A program made the position numbers and the translations under genes. Below are positions 25,790-34,722 of a stretch of DNA of 39,096 nt, in pieces. The DNA lies in assembly GCA_964001155.1 (NCBI GenBank), contig CAXFCD010000180.1, positions 1-39,096 on the forward strand. The letters are read 5' to 3'. Below the pieces are notes generated by a model. The model saw only the letters and a program-made list of their open reading frames with translations, was not told where the DNA came from and ran no database searches. This DNA comes from an uncultured bacterium. GTDB taxonomy: Bacteria; Fidelibacterota; Marinisomatia; Marinisomatales; UBA1611. Positions within the stretch are counted from its first letter, which is position 1, and the number at the start of each line of letters is the position of its first letter.

Positions 25790-27271
25790 TTAGGGATCCA
25801 TTTTTGTACCATAGTTTAAATAACTATCGGTTGTTATCACTGGGAAAGAAGGTACCACTATTGGGTAAGGAACTCCCCGCTGAGTAACAATCATGTCCGT
25901 TGATGTTAATTCAATTGACTCAAATGCATCCATATTAATTTCTATTTGATCCGAGTATATACCCTGCAGAGAATCAATAACCGGGTTCATGAATTCAAGC
26001 CATTTATCTTGGGTTTTCAAATCCTTATTTTCGGACTTTATTTTTGCCATGTACTCTCTGCTTAACATTGCATCTTTCCACATACTTACATTGGATTCAA
26101 CGATCCAGTTTTTATTGTAGCCGGATTGGTAACATTGATTGGTTATTTCTTCATCGCGAAACAAATCAGCAATTGCAAGCCGGAGTTGTTCTGGAAATTC
26201 ACTCCTATTCAATTTCCTCTTTCGAAAAACAAGAGGGTGCGATCTCAGTTTATCATTGAAATCCTTCACAGTCCACCCATTTCCATTGTATTGTAATAGA
26301 ATTGAATTGGGGTCTATTTCAAAATCATTGCTATCAATGGTAAATGTAGGTTGGTCTAATAATTCCGGCTCATTCCAAATTGCTTTATTCAAGGCACTCT
26401 TTTTTACAGAGTCTAATTTGAAGAAATGTTTTGAAGCCCTATCTGCATATTGATAGAAGATATCAGGATTAAACGATATCTCTTTACCCGACATCAATTC
26501 TTTCACCCATTTAAAATAGGATGATTTCGCTTTTTGTTCAGTAAGCCGTTCAGTCACATCATTCCACCTTTGTGCCTGACTTGCTTCAGAAATTTGAATC
26601 TCATCCTTCCAACCATTAATGACCATGACCAAATAAGAACTGTCTTCTGTTGCAATCGGGCCTATGAATTGTCCTTTCTTGATATCAGGGTCAAATAATG
26701 ATTTATGGAAAATGTCCTGCTCTCTTTCAAACCATGAAATTTCTCGTTTTGGCGCAGATCCTCCCCACAGGTTATCATGAATTGAATCCAGAGGAACATT
26801 CTGTATAACTAATTCTTTAATCTTGTCAACAAGTTCTAAATCTGGAAGATTAAGATACTGCACGAACACAGTCCGGCCAGCGAGTTTGTAAGCAGATTTT
26901 AATTCATGATCTTTAAGCTCTGTCCTATCATAAAATTCTTTCGCATAATGTACCTGCCTCATGGCCTGTTCCTTACGGCCGGTTAATGCTGAATTTAATT
27001 GGTCATCTAAACTTCCTGCATTTTGCGATTCGTACTCTATAGCAATTAACTTTTCACTAATCAGTGAATTGAGAATTATTTTTTTATGAATATAATTGGA
27101 TTGTCTGCAATAATCAGGACGGATAGTATATTCCGCTCTTCTGATAAAATCCTGTATAGTAATGCTACTGGAACCGACTTCAGCTAATATTTGGAGTTCA
27201 GGAATATCAGACTGAGTAGTACAACCCATAGAAAAAAATATGAGCAATAATGACAGTCGAAAGACTTTCAC
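25790..27271 (-). CDS. SurA/PpiC-like periplasmic chaperone lipoprotein (peptidyl-prolyl isomerase family, possibly degenerate)
   Basis: GTG start at 27269-27271. Lipobox FFSMGC. SurA-N-like start ILAEVGSSSITIQDFIRRAEY, a long helical body, and the rotamase-like remnant GQFIGPIATEDSSYLVMVING. The functional call is tentative. Confidence 0.45.
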   Translation of the reverse strand: MKVFRLSLLLIFFSMGCTTQSDIPELQILAEVGSSSITIQDFIRRAEYTIRPDYCRQSNYIHKKIILNSLISEKLIAIEYESQNAGSLDDQLNSALTGRKEQAMRQVHYAKEFYDRTELKDHELKSAYKLAGRTVFVQYLNLPDLELVDKIKELVIQNVPLDSIHDNLWGGSAPKREISWFEREQDIFHKSLFDPDIKKGQFIGPIATEDSSYLVMVINGWKDEIQISEASQAQRWNDVTERLTEQKAKSSYFKWVKELMSGKEISFNPDIFYQYADRASKHFFKLDSVKKSALNKAIWNEPELLDQPTFTIDSNDFEIDPNSILLQYNGNGWTVKDFNDKLRSHPLVFRKRKLNRSEFPEQLRLAIADLFRDEEITNQCYQSGYNKNWIVESNVSMWKDAMLSREYMAKIKSENKDLKTQDKWLEFMNPVIDSLQGIYSDQIEINMDAFESIELTSTDMIVTQRGVPYPIVVPSFPVITTDSYLNYGTKMDP

Positions 27272-27283
27272 AAATAGCTTTTA

Positions 27284-28354
27284 TTAAAATGTAGTTGTAA
27301 TTGTATAAATCTCAACATCTCCAAGTAGGCCCATTGTTTTGTAAGCATAATCTATGGAAATAGATTTATTACCTAAATAAAATAATTTTATTCCTAAACC
27401 AGTAGTAATCCCAACATCAGTCCCATCGGGCAATAATTTATTCATTCCGCTTTTAAGACCACCTTTTAAACTAAATATTCCTATTCCGGGGATTTTATTT
27501 TCTAAGGAAACCCCCAAGTTTACTGTTTCATTATTGTTGTTTGGATGGAGAGCATCAGCTGCTAATGTTAATGTAAAATAATTACTTATAATTGGTTGGA
27601 TTGAAAAACCAATCCGAAAAATTAATGGTAATTCCCACTCAGATGTTCGAAACTGTCCAGCAACATCTCCATAATTTCCGTCTTCAAACTCAGAAATATC
27701 AATTGGCTGATAATTATCAATACCATCAAACTTCATTCTAGTACCGTAATTAGAGATACTCATTCCGATGTTCATTCCGTTCTCTTTTTTACCCGTAAAG
27801 GAAAAAAAATCAGTATTGACAATAACGCCTAAATCCACTGCAAATGCATTAGCAGAGCTATGCCAAATATTAGATCTAATATATTTAAATGAAGAACCAA
27901 AAGAGAACCATGATACAATTTTTCTAGAAAAAGAGAATGTTGCAGCCAGATCATTTGCCATAAATTTCTCGCCCGTGCCATCTTGGTATTCCAAAGTTGT
28001 TACTTCCATTTCGCCATAGTCCACCTGTGTAATCCCAAGCCCAAAAACACCAACTCCAGGCATCACAAGTGCCCCACCGGTAAAAAGTAAATCTACATCA
28101 ACTACCCACGGTTGTACCATGAAAAGCGCTGAATTTCTATTTAAGTTAGATAGTCCTGCAGGATTCCAGTATATGGAGGAAACATCATTCACAACTGCTA
28201 CCTGAGCTTCACCCATTGCATTTGCACTGCTTCCAATACCAATTTCCAGAAAATTAGCTGCCGTGGTACCATAACGGTAGATAGTCTGTGCCGACATTTC
28301 CTGAAAATTATTCGTCATTAATATCAAGATTACTATTTTGATGAATCTTATCAT
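27284..28354 (-). CDS. PorV-like / FadL-like outer-membrane beta-barrel (T9SS shuttle protein family)
   Basis: The ATG at 28352-28354 overlaps the upstream TGA as ATGA. Signal peptide ...EMSAQ. The PorV-type N-terminal signature is GTTAANFLEIGIGSSANAMGEAQVAVVNDVSSIYWNPAGLS. Alternating beta strands run to the terminal ...IYTITTTF. Confidence 0.55.
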   Translation of the reverse strand: MIRFIKIVILILMTNNFQEMSAQTIYRYGTTAANFLEIGIGSSANAMGEAQVAVVNDVSSIYWNPAGLSNLNRNSALFMVQPWVVDVDLLFTGGALVMPGVGVFGLGITQVDYGEMEVTTLEYQDGTGEKFMANDLAATFSFSRKIVSWFSFGSSFKYIRSNIWHSSANAFAVDLGVIVNTDFFSFTGKKENGMNIGMSISNYGTRMKFDGIDNYQPIDISEFEDGNYGDVAGQFRTSEWELPLIFRIGFSIQPIISNYFTLTLAADALHPNNNNETVNLGVSLENKIPGIGIFSLKGGLKSGMNKLLPDGTDVGITTGLGIKLFYLGNKSISIDYAYKTMGLLGDVEIYTITTTF

Positions 28355-31300
28355 TTTATAATAGCAAATTTTCCTAATTTTTCATCACCCGTTTCCTGTG
28401 CTTCAATATGGTATAAATACATTCCAGCAGCAATTTCAAGGTTTTCTCTTGTAAGCATATCCCAGTGAATGATTCCACTTTCCGGTTGGTTATTAACAAT
28501 AATCTCATCAACCAAGACACCGCTCACCGTAAATATTTTTATTGTACAGTTAGCCGGGATATGGGTGAACATTAAACGTCTGCGCTGGTTTAAAAATTGA
28601 TTTGAAACAGCTGTTTCCATCATATTGGTCATCACATAGGGATTCGGAACCACTTTAATTTTTTTCATGTCATTTGCTATGGCAGATCTATCCAAATTAT
28701 CATTTGCACCAACAGAAAATCTTATGGTGTCTGTTTCATAAAATGGTCGTTTCCAATCAACTTGGTAAACATCCCCAGATTTAGGAAGATTACTTGAATC
28801 TGATGCAAGCTGAAAATCAATGACGAATGCTGTAATCTGCCAATTATACTCGCTATCAGTGGTATCCCAAGTGCTGGCACCCACAAAAAAACGATCTTCA
28901 AATATATTAACTGTATCATTATCATTCACATCATGAACCACAACATCCATTAATTCGTATTCTCCAGTGGATGTATCTATGAAAGATGTGTTCTGGACAT
29001 AAAAACTAACAGCTTGGTTCGTTAATATGTCTCTTTCAGTTTCATTATTTTCATCCCGAACTCTGCGTGGATCAGCCATGCCTATAAAAGCAGAATCATT
29101 ATCCGTAAATACTATATTATATTTCCAAGGTACCAGTGCACCTTTTACAGAATTGGGTGTAACTCTGAGGTTACCATTTCCATTGATCCAGCCTGATGTT
29201 TGATAATTATATTCACACGATTCTACACCAGCATCAATTTCTACCTGCATTCCATCAAAAATATCCGTGAAAATCGTACCGCCTGCATTCAAAGTCCAGT
29301 AATCCACCGTATCCTTGTAGATTAGATTTGTTCCGACGTACTTTGTACTGTCTTCTTTATAAACGAGGATGGTGCTGTCGGTATCATCATAGATAAAGAT
29401 CTCATTGGTCACGTACTGAAATCCATGGTCATAATTGCTTACGCTTTCAATAGTATCTACGCCAAACGTCATGAAATAACTATGGTTAGCTTCTAAGCTT
29501 CCACGAGCTCTTATTATAGGCGTGACTGAACCACTGCCTAGTAAATTGCCTTCTTCAACAACTAATTCAGGAGGAATATATCCAGCGGCTGGTTGATGAG
29601 GGGTTACAATGGCAATGTTTTTCCCTATTGACCTAATCTCTTCTGCTTCATCCAGTTCTATAACAGTATTGTTTTCACTCGGAGAAATTCCAGGTCCTAT
29701 ATTTGGTGCTCCAAAATCATACGCAACAACTGCATAGTAATAAGTCCGACCATTTTGTACTGTATTATCAACAAAAATGTGTGAAATACCATTGTTTGTT
29801 CCGAGATTATAACCTGCTCCATTGACCAGCCCGAAATCTGTAAATCCACTACATTGATGAATCATCCCATTTATTTGGTTTGGGTTATGAGGGCTTTGAT
29901 CTGGTAAATCACATTGATAAATAGGTTTTTTAAACATAGGTGTACCATAACCATCAGTAATTATCTCAGGATCAGATAAATATTTATCTGTAGAGCGGTA
30001 AACCTTATAACCTTCAAAATCATTAATATTACCCACGAACGGATCTCGAGTCCGTGTGTCAGCAACATCGTCCCAGGTTAAAATAACTTCACCATCTCCA
30101 GCTGTTGCAGTAACTGTTGGCATTTTTGGAGGTTGTGCAAACCTGTAGTCTTTTTCATAGATCACCTGTACGATTCGTTTTAATTCAAAAAGAGCTGGTG
30201 CACTATGTGTTTCATCATTTAGACCAGCCAGAGGATCATACGAATGAAGTTCAGACATGGAAATTCTTTCCACACGCCCTTGGAATAATGGGAAAGGACC
30301 AGAAGCAAATACTTCAACTAGATTTGAAATGTTACTGGTGTATTCTTCCAAGGAATCAATACCAATAACATTCCACATAGCTTCATCATTCTTAAACCAA
30401 GTTGTTGTATTAGATGGTGCATGGCTCGGTATAGGAAACATTCTAAATGATGTTAAACCCACCATATCAGATTCAGACACATCTGTTGTATTAAAATTAG
30501 GTTCACACCCGACACCTTCTTCAAAGTCTGGCCGGTGATTGCACTCAGTTCCATCTAAATCGGGCCCGAAATAGTTTAATTCTCCAGGTGCCACACCATC
30601 AATACCAATATCATCACCTGCGTATTCAGAAAGTTGATAGACACCGTCTCCGTTTAAATCTTCACCATCTTCCCAGTCTTGATCTTCATCTGCATCCCAA
30701 TGTTCCCTTAATTCATCAGCGGTTTTCTTATAGAATTCAAGGAAAGCATTTAAATCTGTGATACCATCAGTTGGACCAATAATTCCCGTGGGCTCATTAT
30801 CTCTTTTTTCATCTGTCAACCCATCATTGTCATTATCAATATAGTCATATGCAAGTCCAGGGCTTTCCAAATATGCAAATCCCATTACGCCAGACGGCAA
30901 ACCGCCAGCACCTATACCATTTATGTCCCAGGAATAGGCCATGTCTTCCTGTTTATTAAAAAATCCTAGATCATCATCTCCATCTCCACCAATGGAATTG
31001 TCCAGCCAATATCCAAAAGCAACGTCTCTTAAGTCATACTCTGAAACATTTGCAATGGAATATTCCCAGAAGATTGCATCCCTGGCCTGTGGATTATTCC
31101 ATTGAAACCCTCTGACTGAAACCCGTAAACCAAGTCCACCCCACGGTACACCAGGCTGGATCGTTACATCAGGCTTTAAATCTCCAACAAAATGACCAGG
31201 GCGTGGATAATATCTCACATTATCCTCTGGTCCTAAATTTTCCTGATCTTGAGCATCGTTCACCACATAATAGGATTCTTGATCTGCATAAATCACACCT

Positions 31301-31872
31301 CGACCAAATCGGCCATTCCATTCCCCTGGCCATTTTGTTTCAAATCCTGTCGAGGGCCAGCCAGCAATTGGCCATGAACTCTCTATATTTGATATAGCAG
31401 GATATTCTCCAGTCTCATTAAAATATCCAAATACAGGATAAAATCCCCATTCAACTGTACCCAAAGGATTCAAATCCATTTCTTCTCTATAACTTGTTTG
31501 GAGATAATAAAGCTTATGATGGTCTTTTGTGTAAATATCAGATAATTCTGTCAGAGGCAATGTATCTAATGTAGCCGGGTTACCATCGTCTTCTATGTAT
31601 ACTTTTGCACCCACCAGTAAGCCTATTCCATCGGTCATTTTTAAACCGTTTGGGTTGTTTGGCCATTTAGATACATTTACTCTGGGCCAGTCGGATAGTT
31701 CAGTTGTATTTCGGAAATAAATATAGACTCGATTTCCCGTCATATATCCTTCTCGTTCTGCAGCAACATCGCCAGCTGGGTCTTCAGGGCCACCATATTC
31801 TTTCCCTTGACCAAATAATGAACCGATTAAAAACAATAAAACTATAGGCTTATAATACTGCATCACTTTCAA
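28351..31872 (-). CDS. 1173-aa secreted protein of unknown function: Asp-rich Ca-binding-type loops, an Fn3 module and a variant T9SS/FlgD-Ig-like C-terminal domain
   Basis: The track start is a TTG at 31870-31872, overlapping the TBDT TGA. An alternative ATG at 31861-31863 gives MQYYKPIVLLFLIGSLFGQG. Visible elements are DYIDNDNDGLTDEKRDN, DADEDQDWEDGEDLNGDGV, the Fn3-like GEVILTWDDV...FEGYKVYRS, and a C-terminus VVPNPY...CTIKIFTVSGVLV...GMYLYHIEA...GKFAIIK. The ORF is long, uninterrupted and operon-embedded, so it is certainly coding; only its function is unknown. Confidence 0.6.
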   Translation of the reverse strand: MKVMQYYKPIVLLFLIGSLFGQGKEYGGPEDPAGDVAAEREGYMTGNRVYIYFRNTTELSDWPRVNVSKWPNNPNGLKMTDGIGLLVGAKVYIEDDGNPATLDTLPLTELSDIYTKDHHKLYYLQTSYREEMDLNPLGTVEWGFYPVFGYFNETGEYPAISNIESSWPIAGWPSTGFETKWPGEWNGRFGRGVIYADQESYYVVNDAQDQENLGPEDNVRYYPRPGHFVGDLKPDVTIQPGVPWGGLGLRVSVRGFQWNNPQARDAIFWEYSIANVSEYDLRDVAFGYWLDNSIGGDGDDDLGFFNKQEDMAYSWDINGIGAGGLPSGVMGFAYLESPGLAYDYIDNDNDGLTDEKRDNEPTGIIGPTDGITDLNAFLEFYKKTADELREHWDADEDQDWEDGEDLNGDGVYQLSEYAGDDIGIDGVAPGELNYFGPDLDGTECNHRPDFEEGVGCEPNFNTTDVSESDMVGLTSFRMFPIPSHAPSNTTTWFKNDEAMWNVIGIDSLEEYTSNISNLVEVFASGPFPLFQGRVERISMSELHSYDPLAGLNDETHSAPALFELKRIVQVIYEKDYRFAQPPKMPTVTATAGDGEVILTWDDVADTRTRDPFVGNINDFEGYKVYRSTDKYLSDPEIITDGYGTPMFKKPIYQCDLPDQSPHNPNQINGMIHQCSGFTDFGLVNGAGYNLGTNNGISHIFVDNTVQNGRTYYYAVVAYDFGAPNIGPGISPSENNTVIELDEAEEIRSIGKNIAIVTPHQPAAGYIPPELVVEEGNLLGSGSVTPIIRARGSLEANHSYFMTFGVDTIESVSNYDHGFQYVTNEIFIYDDTDSTILVYKEDSTKYVGTNLIYKDTVDYWTLNAGGTIFTDIFDGMQVEIDAGVESCEYNYQTSGWINGNGNLRVTPNSVKGALVPWKYNIVFTDNDSAFIGMADPRRVRDENNETERDILTNQAVSFYVQNTSFIDTSTGEYELMDVVVHDVNDNDTVNIFEDRFFVGASTWDTTDSEYNWQITAFVIDFQLASDSSNLPKSGDVYQVDWKRPFYETDTIRFSVGANDNLDRSAIANDMKKIKVVPNPYVMTNMMETAVSNQFLNQRRRLMFTHIPANCTIKIFTVSGVLVDEIIVNNQPESGIIHWDMLTRENLEIAAGMYLYHIEAQETGDEKLGKFAIIK

Positions 31873-34622
31873 AAATTGATACCTACTGCAAGTTTGATAT
31901 TTCTTGGCGCAGAAAACATGGAAGGGTTTTTTATCCTATCTTCATAAGTGTTATAGGTACTGCGATGACCAGCTAGATCTGTTTCTTGAATAACGGCAGT
32001 ATACGCGCGGCCGGTTTCGCTATTCACCCAATTTTCATTTAACCGATCAAAAAGATTATAAATAGTAAGGTCTATTTTTGCACTATAGTTGCTAAATAAT
32101 TTGAAATTGTAGTAAAGAGTTGCATCTGTAGTATAGGTTGCCGGTTTATAATCATTATTCGGATATAAATTGATCCTGGAAAGAACACTTTCAGACTGCG
32201 GAGTAAAAGTGTACGGAGAACCAGAATTGAAATATGCAGTTATGGTTCCACCAATCTTTTCTCCAAAATACATTAGCGATCCATTCAGAGTATGCCGCTG
32301 ATCCCAACTCATAGGTATAAAACGATTAACCGGATCCATGTTATTTCCAGCTCGAGTGAAACTCTGGGTAGGGTTATCTGCGTTTCCTCTTGTATACTGC
32401 AGTGTGTAATTCACCATCCCCTTTAGGGCTCCATATCCCATATCAAGCTTGACTTCCAATCCACGGGCATTCCCGTAATCTTTATTACTATATAATCCAT
32501 ATTCAATTTGATTATAAGTAGAAATAATTTTGGTACTAAGTAGATTGTAAATATCTCTGTAATACAATGCCACATCAATACCTAATCCTCGAGTAATTTC
32601 CTGCCAAAGTCCAATTTCATATGTAATTGTCTTTTCAGGTTTTAGGAGTGTATTGCCCATCGTGGTGCTATAATCGCTAGGCCCGACCAAAAAACTGCGG
32701 TTCTGATACATAGAGTATAAAGGGGGCATCTGGAAGAAATGTCCATAACTAAAGTGTAATACTGCTTGCGTACCAAGCTGATAAGCAAATCCAATCCTGG
32801 GGCTAGTCTGGTCGATTATAGGCGCATCTGGATATGTTGATGTCATGGAATCTGGAAGGTTTAATTGGTTCGCAGGATTACGTCTGTCAGATGGGTATGG
32901 GCTATTTGGATTAAAATAATCATATCTTAACCCGAGATTAATCACCATTTCATCAAATTCCATTTTATCCTGAATATAAAATGCAAATTCTTTTGGATTA
33001 ACCTTATAAATATCGGCATAAACTGTTGTATCGCCATAAACTACAGGTTTGTATAAATCACCTTCATTTGATTCCCCTTCATATTTATTTCTAATAGAGC
33101 GCCACTTTTGACTAACTCCGTGAGAAATGCCCATGAATCCCAGCTTAAAACTGTGATTATGGTTTGCTTGCCACGTTAAATCAAATTTTGCAGTGGAATC
33201 TATCATCCTAAGCATGCTATGATTTTTCTGCTGACCACCTGTAAAAAAACCAGAACCATAATTTTCGAGATATTTATCATGTATATATGAATATACAGTA
33301 TCACCCGGTAAATGCTCGTTCCCATCGGGGTAGATACCTGCAGTATCAGCTATGATATAATCAGTTGGATTTTTAAATAAATAATTTCCTGAAAAATTGT
33401 CTAAAAGAGAAATTTTGAGCTCATAAAATAGTTCCGGAGAAATCATATGATTTAGCTGGAAGGAACTATAAGTTGTCTCTTTGTGGGATGGGGCCCTACC
33501 ATCAGGGTTATATTTAAATGCATGATCATAACCAAACCAGGTATCATTTGTTTCAGACTGTAATAGAGAAACCCGGATTCCATCAAATAAATTGAAACTT
33601 AACTTAAATAAGGCTGAAAAGTTTTCACCCGTATTCATTGGTACATACGAACTATCCCCTGATTGTGAATATACCCAAGTTGTTGAATCATCTGAATAAA
33701 AATCACTCGTATCTGTAACCGTAAACATTCTGATCCCATTCAGGTGCCCCTTGTTATCCTGCACACGTATATTGGTAAAAAAAGTAATTTTTTCTCCAAG
33801 TAATGGACCACCTAAACTGAATTTTAAATCCTGGCTTCGATTAAGCTCCGGCTGAAGTGCATCATTTGATAATCCAATAAAAATATCTTCACCATCTTCA
33901 TGTTTATTATTGGTATTAAAAAAGGAAAAAGCACCAGATACAGATCCTTCAAATTTTGGCCCGCCATCTCGAGTAACAACATTTACAACCCCGCTCATCG
34001 CTCTGCCATATTCGGCATTAAAGGTTCCGGTTATTACTTCTAAATCCTGTACCGCTTCCGGTTGTATTTCCATTGCAGCACTACTCCCTCCAAAAGTTTC
34101 ATCTACCTGAACCCCGTCAATCATGTAGGTAACTTCCGTATTCCTTCCTCCACGGAAATGACCATTAACCACTCCCGCCTGCATATTGATCACTGAGCCT
34201 ACACTTTCCACTGGTAGTGCATTAATCTCATCGCCTGATATATTTTTTATGGTCCCGGTCTGGTCTTTTTTCTGAGACAACCGTGCTACTTCAACAGTAA
34301 TCACTTCCCCTTCAATTACCGTTTGTGTCATTTCAACCTCAATGGAGGATGTCCTGTTTACTGAAACAACCACTTCATCAACCCGCACAGAAATATAGCC
34401 TATCATATCTACCTTTAGGTCATATTTACCCGGTGGAATATTGATCATTGTAAATCTGCCCATCTCGTCCGCTGCTGTACCATAAGGTGTATTAATAAGA
34501 TATACATTTGCACCAATCAAGGGACTTGAACTGGATTGTTCTTTAACAACACCAGAAATTTTCCCCGTTGTTTGAGACAAGGGAAAGGAAATAATTAACG
34601 AATATATAAGCTTTTTAATCAT
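31869..34622 (-). CDS. TonB-dependent outer-membrane transporter with an N-terminal carboxypeptidase-regulatory-like domain
   Basis: 917 aa. The CarbopepD_reg-like domain is GKISGVVKE...PLIGANVYLINTPYGTAADEMGRFTMINIPPGKYDLKVDMIGY. The plug region is ISGDEINALPVESVGSVINMQAGVV...FRGGRNTEVTYMIDGVQV. A long beta barrel ends in ...KLAVGINF with a terminal Phe. Confidence 0.9.
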   Translation of the reverse strand: MIKKLIYSLIISFPLSQTTGKISGVVKEQSSSSPLIGANVYLINTPYGTAADEMGRFTMINIPPGKYDLKVDMIGYISVRVDEVVVSVNRTSSIEVEMTQTVIEGEVITVEVARLSQKKDQTGTIKNISGDEINALPVESVGSVINMQAGVVNGHFRGGRNTEVTYMIDGVQVDETFGGSSAAMEIQPEAVQDLEVITGTFNAEYGRAMSGVVNVVTRDGGPKFEGSVSGAFSFFNTNNKHEDGEDIFIGLSNDALQPELNRSQDLKFSLGGPLLGEKITFFTNIRVQDNKGHLNGIRMFTVTDTSDFYSDDSTTWVYSQSGDSSYVPMNTGENFSALFKLSFNLFDGIRVSLLQSETNDTWFGYDHAFKYNPDGRAPSHKETTYSSFQLNHMISPELFYELKISLLDNFSGNYLFKNPTDYIIADTAGIYPDGNEHLPGDTVYSYIHDKYLENYGSGFFTGGQQKNHSMLRMIDSTAKFDLTWQANHNHSFKLGFMGISHGVSQKWRSIRNKYEGESNEGDLYKPVVYGDTTVYADIYKVNPKEFAFYIQDKMEFDEMVINLGLRYDYFNPNSPYPSDRRNPANQLNLPDSMTSTYPDAPIIDQTSPRIGFAYQLGTQAVLHFSYGHFFQMPPLYSMYQNRSFLVGPSDYSTTMGNTLLKPEKTITYEIGLWQEITRGLGIDVALYYRDIYNLLSTKIISTYNQIEYGLYSNKDYGNARGLEVKLDMGYGALKGMVNYTLQYTRGNADNPTQSFTRAGNNMDPVNRFIPMSWDQRHTLNGSLMYFGEKIGGTITAYFNSGSPYTFTPQSESVLSRINLYPNNDYKPATYTTDATLYYNFKLFSNYSAKIDLTIYNLFDRLNENWVNSETGRAYTAVIQETDLAGHRSTYNTYEDRIKNPSMFSAPRNIKLAVGINF

Positions 34623-34673
34623 TTGGATTAAATAACATATTTTTTTATTGTAAATATTTTACTAAAAGATAAT

Positions 34674-34710
34674 TAAAAAAAGAGGGGCAATTAATTGCCC
34701 CTCTTTTTTG
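34674..34710 (-). terminator. Rho-independent terminator downstream of the 1146-aa gene (symmetrical, flanked by an A-run and a T-run)
   Basis: AGAGGGGCAAT (34681-34691) pairs perfectly with ATTGCCCCTCT (34694-34704). An A7 run lies on one side and T6 on the other, so the minus-strand transcript ends in hairpin + U-run 12 nt after the stop at 34723. Confidence 0.75.
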
Positions 34711-34722
34711 ACTTGTTATTAG

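Noticed and set aside
25790-27271. I considered whether the 493-aa lipoprotein could be a divergent SusD.
   Set aside because: The N-terminal region matches the SurA/PpiD-type pattern (ILAEVGSSSITIQDFIRR). It is not adjacent to the TBDT, and I saw no SusD-like motifs. Without a structure prediction this remains a weak rejection.
28351-31872. I considered whether the 1173-aa protein could be the T9SS translocon SprA/Sov, since PorV binds SprA.
   Set aside because: SprA-family proteins are roughly twice as long and are giant beta barrels without a C-terminal sorting-type domain. This protein has Fn3 and Ca-loop modules and a CTD-like tail, so it looks like cargo rather than channel.
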